In this document: positions 17,504 to 26,153 of the stretch, in pieces | How the letters are laid out: each line of letters starts with the position of its first letter | Position numbering within the stretch: the first letter of the stretch is position 1 | DNA from: a virus | Lineage: Duplodnaviria > Caudoviricetes | IMG/VR virus record: IMGVR_UViG_3300012663_001722 | Location: 22,278 to 86,277 of that record | Strand: one strand, 5' to 3' | Length of the DNA: 64,000 bases | The notes under the pieces: model-generated | What the model saw: the letters and a program-made list of their open reading frames with translations, nothing else | Told to the model about the DNA's origin: nothing | Database searches by the model: none | Program-made: the position numbers and the translations under genes

Positions 17504-19047
17504 TTTTTTTTTAACTCGATCGATTCCTTTAATCCGCCTGCTGCTTTATATGCAGTATAATCAGCTACGCTCTTTTTAATATATTCCTTTGCGTTGCCTT
17601 TAATTACAACACTATATGGAGCTTTTTGATAATCAGTTTGAGTCAACAGCGTTTTACTCTCAGGATGCACATACATGCTAATCACTTTGCGATCAGTTGG
17701 ATTCCAATGCTTCGCAAAATCGGTATCTTTTACTGATTTAAAACCAGCATTAACAAGATCTGGGTGCAGTGCTTGGTTCTTTGCAGAACCTGATGCAACT
17801 GAATTATCTTCTACCATAGCTTTAATATAGTTAGAAACATCTTTGATATTAGCAAATGTTTTGTGTTGTTTGGCATCTGCTACGAAATAACTATCACCAT
17901 CTAATTCACTTGTTACACCAATTACTGTATCAGCATATTTGCCAGCACGCATCTGTATAGCGTAAAGACCTAGCAGCTTACCATCTTTGTTATACTTTTT
18001 GAAAAATGGGTGATCTTTTGGTACAACAGTAAAGTCATGTTTTTTCAAGAGTTCGATAAATGCAAGAGCATGAGGTGTTTTATCGGCTTCAGCTAAAATT
18101 TGGCCTAGTGATTTACTAACGCTTTCATTTTTATTTTTATCAAAAAGATTTGTCAGTGCAGCAACAAAGCCCTTTATGTCTTTATAACGTCCAACGTTGT
18201 CAAGACGTTTTGATTTTGCATCAGTATCATGAATAAAGAAACTAGCTTTTTCACCAATCATAAACATGCCAATTAGAATGTTTTTGTGTTTTTTGCTGGT
18301 ATAGAGATGCAGCAGATCTTTAGCTTTATCAACTTTTGATACTGCATCAAATAATTTAGTTCCTGCTTTTACACGATTAAATTGATGTTTAGCAATCATT
18401 TTAATTACGCTCTTTGGCATAACATAATCTTTTAATCCCGCCTCTTCCGGCTCAGCAATTTGTTTTGCTTCGTTTAATTCATATTGACCCTTTTTGAGTG
18501 TAAGATTAATTACATCTCCCTTTTTATCGCTCTTTTTATATTGGACATTGATGCGACCATCTGGAAACTTGTGGAAGATATCAACCTTTTTGCCATTCAA
18601 TCTAGATCCGATGAAAGTGACAGTTGCAGTGCCCATTGAATGTGATCCAGCTGCTTCATCCATACGTTTACCAAAGGTGCTATGAACAAGATCATCGAGC
18701 TTTTTGTGAAACTCTGTTTCATCATCTTTGCTGATGCCAGGATCTTCTTCTCCATCAGAAGCTTCTAATTGCTCCTCTTCCTCTTCGTCATCTTTGCATG
18801 TATCGCAACAAGCATCAAAACCATATGCTTCAAGAGCACAATCGCATGCTGATTTAATGTGCTCACGAGTTGAACTAATGCATTCCATCATGCTTTCATC
18901 CATTTCAGAGTCAACGTCTTGTAGACCTTCAATTAGATTATTGCACATTGTGATGATCTCATCAAGACATGCAAAGGCATCTTCACATGTGTTTTCTACA
19001 TCTTCTTTTAACTGTGTTGGTTTTAATATTGCTGCTAAGCTTTTCAT
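17500..19047 (-). CDS. large multi-segment late protein (putative internal head protein)
   Basis: Start moved to MKSLAAILK (AATAAATA-N5-ATG); Cys/acidic N-terminal part; repeated (L/I/V)xE boundaries; ends ...IELKKK*. Confidence 0.75.
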   Translation of the reverse strand: MKSLAAILKPTQLKEDVENTCEDAFACLDEIITMCNNLIEGLQDVDSEMDESMMECISSTREHIKSACDCALEAYGFDACCDTCKDDEEEEEQLEASDGEEDPGISKDDETEFHKKLDDLVHSTFGKRMDEAAGSHSMGTATVTFIGSRLNGKKVDIFHKFPDGRINVQYKKSDKKGDVINLTLKKGQYELNEAKQIAEPEEAGLKDYVMPKSVIKMIAKHQFNRVKAGTKLFDAVSKVDKAKDLLHLYTSKKHKNILIGMFMIGEKASFFIHDTDAKSKRLDNVGRYKDIKGFVAALTNLFDKNKNESVSKSLGQILAEADKTPHALAFIELLKKHDFTVVPKDHPFFKKYNKDGKLLGLYAIQMRAGKYADTVIGVTSELDGDSYFVADAKQHKTFANIKDVSNYIKAMVEDNSVASGSAKNQALHPDLVNAGFKSVKDTDFAKHWNPTDRKVISMYVHPESKTLLTQTDYQKAPYSVVIKGNAKEYIKKSVADYTAYKAAGGLKESIELKKK

Positions 19048-19066
19048 AGTTCTATTTATTGTTTTG

Positions 19067-20578
19067 TTATTTTCCAAATTCATGACCTGCGACTCTACGC
19101 ATTTCTGCACTAAATTGCTCAAAACTTGGTTTTGTTTTGAAATATTTGATTGTAAGATTATCCTTTTCTTTGCCTTTAATTCTCCAAAGATAGCCTGCAG
19201 CTTTGCGCTCAGGATCTGTTGTTTTTACGACACGTCTCTCATAGCCAGCTTCCCAAGTTTCCTCAGTCAGTGATGACTCAGTCATTGCTTTATGCTTTTT
19301 CCAAAGATCAGCATCAGCTGTTGTTCTTGTTTTACCTCCAGTAATAAAGCTATTTACTCGAGCATAACCCCATTGTTGTTGATTTGCACCTGGTCGATGA
19401 CCAGTTTTCCATGCAGCAAGACCACGATTATAAACTTGTTTTAATATACTAAAACTAATACCACTAGCATCAGATTTCTTTTTTAATGCAGAGTCAGCAT
19501 CCTCTTCAAGATCCGAAAACTTATCATGATATGCCTTTGTGTATTTGCTAGTTTTAGTTTGCTTTGAATCTCCAGGTGCAGGCTTATATGCATCTGGATC
19601 ATCGTCACTCATTTTCGTTTGTTTAGCGAACTGAGCTTTTCTTTTTTGTGCAGTTGATTTACTTAATCCAGTATAATATTTTTCAGATTCAACAAAACGT
19701 TTTGCGTCATCTAATGTTTGACCCGGAGTATCGCGCTTATAAATGTTTGCTGCGCGAGTTGTGCCATATTCAAGAACCTTTGATTCATCAAGATCTATCT
19801 GATTTAAGAAGAACTTTTTAATTTCTCCGCTTGGACTCTTTGCGCTAACAAAATTACTATGACGTTCAACAATCACATAGCTTTGGGATTTTGCTACAAT
19901 CTTATCACCTACATTAAAAATATTTCCAGAGATATAAGCTTCACGAACATCATCAATTTCTTTGTTTTGTTCTTTAACATTCAAACCATCTCTTACTGCA
20001 CTATATAATGCACTTGCATCTTTAAAGCCCTTTGGCATGCCAAGCATAAACAAATCAAAATCACCAGCAATTGCTGCAGCTTTTAGTTTGCTGCTGCTCA
20101 TGCCGTCGACGCCCTCACTATCAGGATCTCTTTCACCAGCACTCTTTACTTCAATAGTTTTAAAATCATAGTGACCATGTGCACCGGTTTTTCCATTATA
20201 GTCAGTTAGTAGTTTTTTGAAATCGGCAATGCGATCTCCACCAACAACAAATACAAATCGATTATAGCCTTCGTCATAAGCAGAGGCCGCAATTTGCAAT
20301 GCATTTTTTATATTTTTATTTGAGACAAAATGACGAGCAAACTCTGGAAACATTTTTCTCAAAAACTTAATCTTGCTATCATAGTCAAGAGGATTCTTTT
20401 TCTTATCCTGACTTTGACTACTATAGATTAAATAGTCTGCATTATCAGAGTCAGCTAAACTCTTAAGTCTTTTAAATAGTTTTTCGTGACCAATTGTTGG
20501 AGGATTAAAACGACCGAAGGTTGCATAGATTGCTCTATTTCCTGCAGCTTCATTTTTATATTCTTTGAAACTCTTCAT
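19067..20578 (-). CDS. HIGH-family nucleotidyltransferase (cytidylyltransferase-like) with extra C-terminal phage domains
   Basis: TFGRFNPPTIGHEKL, VVGGDR, SAGERD...GMSSSK; C-terminal DDDPDAYKPAPGD and ILKQVYNRGLAAW..GHRPG segments. Confidence 0.85.
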   Translation of the reverse strand: MKSFKEYKNEAAGNRAIYATFGRFNPPTIGHEKLFKRLKSLADSDNADYLIYSSQSQDKKKNPLDYDSKIKFLRKMFPEFARHFVSNKNIKNALQIAASAYDEGYNRFVFVVGGDRIADFKKLLTDYNGKTGAHGHYDFKTIEVKSAGERDPDSEGVDGMSSSKLKAAAIAGDFDLFMLGMPKGFKDASALYSAVRDGLNVKEQNKEIDDVREAYISGNIFNVGDKIVAKSQSYVIVERHSNFVSAKSPSGEIKKFFLNQIDLDESKVLEYGTTRAANIYKRDTPGQTLDDAKRFVESEKYYTGLSKSTAQKRKAQFAKQTKMSDDDPDAYKPAPGDSKQTKTSKYTKAYHDKFSDLEEDADSALKKKSDASGISFSILKQVYNRGLAAWKTGHRPGANQQQWGYARVNSFITGGKTRTTADADLWKKHKAMTESSLTEETWEAGYERRVVKTTDPERKAAGYLWRIKGKEKDNLTIKYFKTKPSFEQFSAEMRRVAGHEFGK

Positions 20579-20581
20579 ATG

Positions 20582-22138
20582 TTATTTAGTTGAAGATTTA
20601 TTTAGACTTTTTACAGTGCTAATAATACCATTCATGCCTTTCTTTTTAACACTATCTAAAAATTCCTTTGCATCTTCAATATTATCAAACTCTTGCTGAT
20701 AGATTTTAGATGTGCGGCCTACTGCATATTTTACAATAAACCCAATATCTTCTTCAAGTTCTTTTTCTTCTTCGCCCATGACCGAGCTGCTAATACGACG
20801 ATCACGATATTTTTTAGCGATATAACCACTGCTATCATTCCATGAACCACCAGTTGGATCAGTACGTTGCATATCTTTAAAATCAATTTCTTCACTGACT
20901 TCATTGCGCTGCCAACCTTTTAATATCTCGGAGCTGAAGTTGTTCTTACTGAATTCTAGTCGATCAACGAGTTTAACCGCACTCTGACCACCAAGATCTG
21001 TACTAATTGCAACATAACCTTCTTGACCTGTTACTTTAAAGCCATCTTTTGTTTTTACGAATGTGCTTAGTTCAGCAATACGATCAAGTTGAGCAATAAC
21101 CATTTTCTTTGCATTTACCAATGCACTTTGTAGATCATAGATTAGCTGTAGATTTTTGCGATTATCATCAGAGAAAAAGCTCATGGCTTTTTGCATCTTG
21201 TCTCGTGCTTGTTCTTTACCTTTATCGCTCTTTTTGCTTTCAATATCTTTTTCAAAACGATCACTCATCCATTTAATTAGAGCTGCAACCATTTTATCAC
21301 TGCTTGGTAAAGTTTCACCCTTACGAACAAATGTGTTGTTAAACTGTTCAAGCTTTTGAGCCAGATCAGGATCACCATAGATTGCTGCTAATGCTGTTGG
21401 CTTGATCTTCTTAAATGTTTGCTCGGCCGATGCGATATAACTTTGTAATTTCTTAGTGTCTGCAACACTCAACGATGCTTGCTTTGAAACATTCTTTAGA
21501 TCAGCTGTGCGCCACCAAACGCTAGGGATTTTCTTAAAGCTGCTTGTGTCGACCTTATATGTCGCCTTTAGACTATCAAATGTTTTACCAGTATATTGTG
21601 TATGAAATACTACACCAATTTTTGCTTTTAGTATATCCTCTGCACTTTCAACTGGAACAGCATAGACGATGGTATTAGGGTGAAATGTAACATATTTCTT
21701 ACCATCAATTGTTTCAGTCTTAAGATCGTCATGAGTGAACATCATATCACCTTGTATAATGCCTTTGATGCCTAGCTTTTGCAACTCGTTAAAAGCAACA
21801 ATCATTTTTGCTTGCAAATCACCACTTGTATCGGCCTTAACTTCTTCAACACTTGTATAGACTTTAGGATCTTTATTAAAGATACCTTTTTTCGCAACGA
21901 AAAACTTTCCAGTTTCGGGATGTTGGCCAGCGAAAACGGCAGGTGCTCCATCCCATTTTACTGTTACACTGCTTGATGATTCACCGCCGCTCATTGATGC
22001 AGTCAGTGATTTAAGACTAGAGATTGCTTGTTGTACACCATCTGCACCGCCATAAAGAACTAAATCGTCGAGGTGGGTCATGTGTGTATTTTTACCAGCT
22101 ACGCTGGCTTCGTAGATATACTTTTTAAAAGTTTTCAT
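20582..22138 (-). CDS. conserved T4-like protein with ATP-dependent ligase/nucleotidyltransferase motifs (DUF6267-like)
   Basis: KNTHMTHLDD, TVKWDGAPA (motif I), QGDMMF (III), EGYV (IV), VKLVDRLEFS..N (V). Confidence 0.75.
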   Translation of the reverse strand: MKTFKKYIYEASVAGKNTHMTHLDDLVLYGGADGVQQAISSLKSLTASMSGGESSSSVTVKWDGAPAVFAGQHPETGKFFVAKKGIFNKDPKVYTSVEEVKADTSGDLQAKMIVAFNELQKLGIKGIIQGDMMFTHDDLKTETIDGKKYVTFHPNTIVYAVPVESAEDILKAKIGVVFHTQYTGKTFDSLKATYKVDTSSFKKIPSVWWRTADLKNVSKQASLSVADTKKLQSYIASAEQTFKKIKPTALAAIYGDPDLAQKLEQFNNTFVRKGETLPSSDKMVAALIKWMSDRFEKDIESKKSDKGKEQARDKMQKAMSFFSDDNRKNLQLIYDLQSALVNAKKMVIAQLDRIAELSTFVKTKDGFKVTGQEGYVAISTDLGGQSAVKLVDRLEFSKNNFSSEILKGWQRNEVSEEIDFKDMQRTDPTGGSWNDSSGYIAKKYRDRRISSSVMGEEEKELEEDIGFIVKYAVGRTSKIYQQEFDNIEDAKEFLDSVKKKGMNGIISTVKSLNKSSTK

Positions 22139-22683
22139 ATGTATTGTGCAGAGATTTTATATTTCTCGTTAAATTGTTTAGTTTGAGCAGTATGTTTTAA
22201 TGAACTATATGGTATATTATAATCTTTAAGGGCATCCTTTAAACACTCATATTCTTTTCCATTAACAATAGCTCTTTTTGCTTTAGGATTTTTTGAACCA
22301 TTTTTATCATGTTTACCTTGTTTTTTACAACGTTCTTTATATTCTTCTTCTGTTAAATTATCCCAATAGTTTTTTACTACATTTGACATACTAGTATCAT
22401 CTTTAAATCCTGTATCACCTCCTTGACCACCAATATGTAAATTATAATAATCTGTATCTTCTACTGCATTTTCTAATTCAATATAATATTTTTCCATTTT
22501 TCTTAGATCTTCTTCACACTCGGTTGAGTATAATATCTCCTTTTTAAAATTAGAACTTCCATATTTCTTAATAGCTTGTCGTAGTAATATACCAGAACCT
22601 AAATAATATTTTTTATTTCCATTGCTTTTTCCGATATATTTTTTATCGTTTATTAAATTAGTTGTTTTATAAATGTAACCCAT
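22135..22683 (-). mobile_element. freestanding GIY-YIG homing endonuclease (Seg-like)
   Basis: MGYIYKTTNLINDKKYIGK...YLGSG...YYNL..GG.GG; own late promoter TATAAATA-N5-ATG; NUMOD-like C-terminus. Confidence 0.9.
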
Positions 22684-22716
22684 AATTGTATTTATAAAAT
22701 TCGCGTCTTCTATATG

Positions 22717-22785
22717 CTAATTTAAATCTACAGTGTTTTTGCCAGCAGCGCTAGCTTCAAAAATATATCGTTTTAAGCTTTTCAT
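22717..22785 (-). pseudogene. orphan 5' fragment of the DUF6267-like gene
   Basis: MKSLKRYIFEASAAGKNTVDLN*HIED versus intact MKTFKKYIYEASVAGKNTHMTHLDD. Confidence 0.8.
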
Positions 22786-22795
22786 TTTTACTTTA

Positions 22796-24079
22796 TTATT
22801 TTGGTTCGAACAATGGAGCTGAGTTAATAAAGTCATAAGGCTCAACATCAGCAAAACTAACTTTTCCACTAATTGCTTGTTTTTCACCTTCTTTAACACC
22901 GAATGACGCAATTACTTTTCCAGTTGGACCTTTAATATTTAAACTAACACCGCTTCTTTCTAAAGTAATTTTGCTCAAATCCAATTCCGGATGTTCTGCA
23001 ATAATTTCGCTCTTAACACCCCTTTTATTAAAGGTTATGACGCTCATTAGCATCTTTGTATCTTTGTCGGTAAAGCCCATAATCTTTAAAATATTTTCTG
23101 CAAACTCTTCTTTCTTAGAAATTGGTTTTAATACACTATAAACAATTTCAGCAACACGAGGATTAATAGGCTTACGAGCTTCATTACGCTTTTTATCGAT
23201 TACGTTAATATCGAGAGCCATCATGCCTTGTTCAGTATAACCAAGTTTTGTTAGTGCCTTTTTAGCAGAAACTTCGGCCGAGCCTCCTTTATTTAAACCC
23301 TTAATAGCTTGTTTAATTTTATCAAATTGTTTTGCTACTTCAATTAATTCTCTTAAGCGAGCATCCTCTTTAATCGCTTTTTTTACAGCATCACCCGCTT
23401 TTTTTCCACCAAGGTGAGTTGCTAATCCAACTGCTGTGGTATTAGCAAGTCCTACTTGTTTGCCTGTATATAGTTTTAAGGAATAGCCTTGAAGAGTTTC
23501 TTTTCCATTCTTTCTCAAAAAGAGTTGAATATCCGCTTTGCTGCTAATGCCACCACGTTGAAAACTTAAATTATCGCTATATCCTCCAATAATGACTGCG
23601 TCATTTTTAACAGCCTCGCTTATCAAATAGCGTGCCATATCTTCGCTGCCTTTTTTAATAATCATTTCAGCTTTAGCGAAGTTTTCAGAAGATACTTTTG
23701 TTTTTAGATCGTTTTTCCATTTTGCAACGCTATTAACAATATTATTTCTATATTTTTCATATTTTGCTGCAATCTTTACTCCAGGCATACTAATGCTATA
23801 AAGCATCAATAGTACCAACACTTCATTATAGTTACCCTGAATTGCGGCAAGTGCTCCTTCTTTCAATTCTTTTTCCATTTCAACTTTAATTTCAATAGGT
23901 ATAGTGATAGCTATTTCATCGCCAATTTCTGTGTTTTTTAGTTCACTAGAAAATAAACTTGAAATTTTATCTTTAAGGCTAGTCCATACACTTTTTAGTT
24001 TTAACACACCACCCTTCACAAAATCCTTAAATGATGTAAAATCTTCTGTAATTTGGTTTCTTTTATTGCTTTTCATCAT
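22796..24079 (-). CDS. hypothetical late protein, possible PD-(D/E)XK nuclease
   Basis: GNYNE...SKADI...GYSLK pattern; TATAAATA upstream. Confidence 0.5.
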   Translation of the reverse strand: MMKSNKRNQITEDFTSFKDFVKGGVLKLKSVWTSLKDKISSLFSSELKNTEIGDEIAITIPIEIKVEMEKELKEGALAAIQGNYNEVLVLLMLYSISMPGVKIAAKYEKYRNNIVNSVAKWKNDLKTKVSSENFAKAEMIIKKGSEDMARYLISEAVKNDAVIIGGYSDNLSFQRGGISSKADIQLFLRKNGKETLQGYSLKLYTGKQVGLANTTAVGLATHLGGKKAGDAVKKAIKEDARLRELIEVAKQFDKIKQAIKGLNKGGSAEVSAKKALTKLGYTEQGMMALDINVIDKKRNEARKPINPRVAEIVYSVLKPISKKEEFAENILKIMGFTDKDTKMLMSVITFNKRGVKSEIIAEHPELDLSKITLERSGVSLNIKGPTGKVIASFGVKEGEKQAISGKVSFADVEPYDFINSAPLFEPK

Positions 24080-24105
24080 GTCGTATATTCCTTATTTATA
24101 TAGTT

Positions 24106-24531
24106 TTAAATTTTAACAAATTTATTATATAGGATCTTTTCGTATTTGCGAGCTTCTCTTTCCCATGGTCGATTCCATTCATTTGCGATATCAGCAAATT
24201 GCTGACCTTTCCAGAGACTATATTTTGCCTTGTATACGAGCTCTTTTTTTGCATATTGCTTAACGTGAGCGAGCTCGTGAAATAGTGTACGTAATAACTC
24301 AGCATTATCAAGATCTTTATAGAGATCGATATAATAATAGTGAGGATCATCTGTACTATAGCATAGACCATAGGCACTATGCTCTTCTAATAGATTTGCC
24401 TTTCTTTTAACAATAAGCTCAAGTTTGCGTTTACTTGGCAGCAATTCTTTTAAGGCAAAATCTATAGATTTTTTTACGATAGCTTTAAGTGCTGGATCAT
24501 CTTTAAATCCATATATTCTTATGCGTATCAT
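24106..24531 (-). CDS. HEXXH zinc metallopeptidase-like protein
   Basis: RTLFHELAHVKQY...PWEREA. Confidence 0.8.
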   Translation of the reverse strand: MIRIRIYGFKDDPALKAIVKKSIDFALKELLPSKRKLELIVKRKANLLEEHSAYGLCYSTDDPHYYYIDLYKDLDNAELLRTLFHELAHVKQYAKKELVYKAKYSLWKGQQFADIANEWNRPWEREARKYEKILYNKFVKI

Positions 24532-24550
24532 AGTCTATCTATACTTAATA

Positions 24551-24577
24551 AAAAAGGGCTGAGGTTTCCCCCAGCCC
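24551..24577 (-). terminator. intrinsic terminator after the AAA ATPase
   Basis: GGGCTG...CAGCCC hairpin followed by a T run on the minus strand. Confidence 0.7.
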
Positions 24578-24592
24578 TTATCAAACAATAAA

Positions 24593-26131
24593 TTAGGCGT
24601 ATAGCGCAATCATTTTGGCAAGTTCTTCGCCACTAATTGATACACCTGCTGCACCGGCACCAGCTGCCATATTAAGACCTCTTTGTAGTTTTCGGAAGTT
24701 AGCAGTTTGTTTGCTCTTGCCTGCTTTAAGCAATGCAATAACGTCTTTACGCTTTTGTGAACTAAGTGTCAAACCATCTGCGATTTCCATATCATCAACA
24801 ATTTTTTCCATGTGTTCATATACTTCTTCATCAGTTGGATCAATGTCAATCATGAATGCACGTGTGCGAATAGCACCATCTGGATCGAGTTTATCCATGC
24901 TCAGGTTACTAATAAAGATAATACGACCTGTAAATTCGAAATAGCGAGGTATCATGCCCTGATCGAGAATCTCTTCGTCAGTTAGATCTCCATCGGGATC
25001 AGCAACGTTTTTACCCATTTTGTTCCAAACAAGTTTACGCTTTTTCTTTGTATCAGTCGCTGCTTTAATAATGTTGCGGCTTTCTTGATCTTTTAGGGCA
25101 TCATCGCTGTCATCAAACAAGATAACCTTATCTTTATATTTGAAGAGCAAACTATACATACCAGCTGCTGTTGCACTGCCTGTATTTTTGAAATAACCTG
25201 CGCCGTCTCTCAATCCAGCTTGACCTAAGATTTTTTCAACGCCGTGTGTTTTACCAACACCGCCACGACCCGCAATAAAGAGAGCGTTGCTTGCGCCGCT
25301 AATAGTCATGCGAATAAGGTTTTCCATGTGCTCAAGCTGCTTTTCATATACAAGACGCTCTACGTTATCTTCAATATATTTTTCTTTTGCGCTTGGTTCA
25401 TAGGTCTCATCACTGCTACCTTTACGAACGCTTACTTTTACGCAACCGAGTTTTGTAAGAATACGATCTTTATCATCTTTGAATTTTTTAAGATCAGCTT
25501 TTGTGCCAACAAAGACAAACTTGTTTCCGTTCTTTGTAATTACATCTTCGCTTGCATTTGCAACAAGATAGTCAAAGATTTTTTGGCCAGCGCTACGATA
25601 TGCTTTATAGACTGCAAGACGACTAAACTTAGGATCAGTAAGCATATCAACAACACCATCAAAAATGTCATTCATGTTAGATGATACACTCTCGACAATA
25701 AAGTTAGGCTTATATTGCAATGCGCTCTCATTAAGCTCTGCTTCGTCTGGCATTGTCCAGCCATCTTTCATATTAGAGCCAGTTAATACCGCTGCTGCAA
25801 CTGGTAAAGTCTTTACAAGACTAACTTTTTTGTCAAACTCAATAGTTTTCTTTGATTTGCCGTTAAATACGTCAATGCTTTGCAATGCCATCATATTGAC
25901 ATTCTTGCTAGACCAGTTAAAACGAATGCTTTGTTCTCCATTTTTGCTATAGAGACGAATGCCATGGCCACTGTGATCGCCGCTGCTAAACTTCTCAATT
26001 CCAGGATATCTGAAAAATTTGTTACCAGTCTTCTTGTTTAAATAGCTAATAATAATCTTTATTGCTCCATCAATAGAGCTGACATCAAGCTCTTCCTTTA
26101 AAAATTCATTAAATGATAATGTTGTCTGCAT
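24593..26131 (-). CDS. AAA+ ATPase (late, T4-like conserved)
   Basis: Walker A GRGGVGKT, Walker B ILFDD, FTGRIIFISN, AIRTRA. Confidence 0.85.
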   Translation of the reverse strand: MQTTLSFNEFLKEELDVSSIDGAIKIIISYLNKKTGNKFFRYPGIEKFSSGDHSGHGIRLYSKNGEQSIRFNWSSKNVNMMALQSIDVFNGKSKKTIEFDKKVSLVKTLPVAAAVLTGSNMKDGWTMPDEAELNESALQYKPNFIVESVSSNMNDIFDGVVDMLTDPKFSRLAVYKAYRSAGQKIFDYLVANASEDVITKNGNKFVFVGTKADLKKFKDDKDRILTKLGCVKVSVRKGSSDETYEPSAKEKYIEDNVERLVYEKQLEHMENLIRMTISGASNALFIAGRGGVGKTHGVEKILGQAGLRDGAGYFKNTGSATAAGMYSLLFKYKDKVILFDDSDDALKDQESRNIIKAATDTKKKRKLVWNKMGKNVADPDGDLTDEEILDQGMIPRYFEFTGRIIFISNLSMDKLDPDGAIRTRAFMIDIDPTDEEVYEHMEKIVDDMEIADGLTLSSQKRKDVIALLKAGKSKQTANFRKLQRGLNMAAGAGAAGVSISGEELAKMIALYA

Positions 26132-26153
26132 ATTTCTTATTTATACTTTTTAT

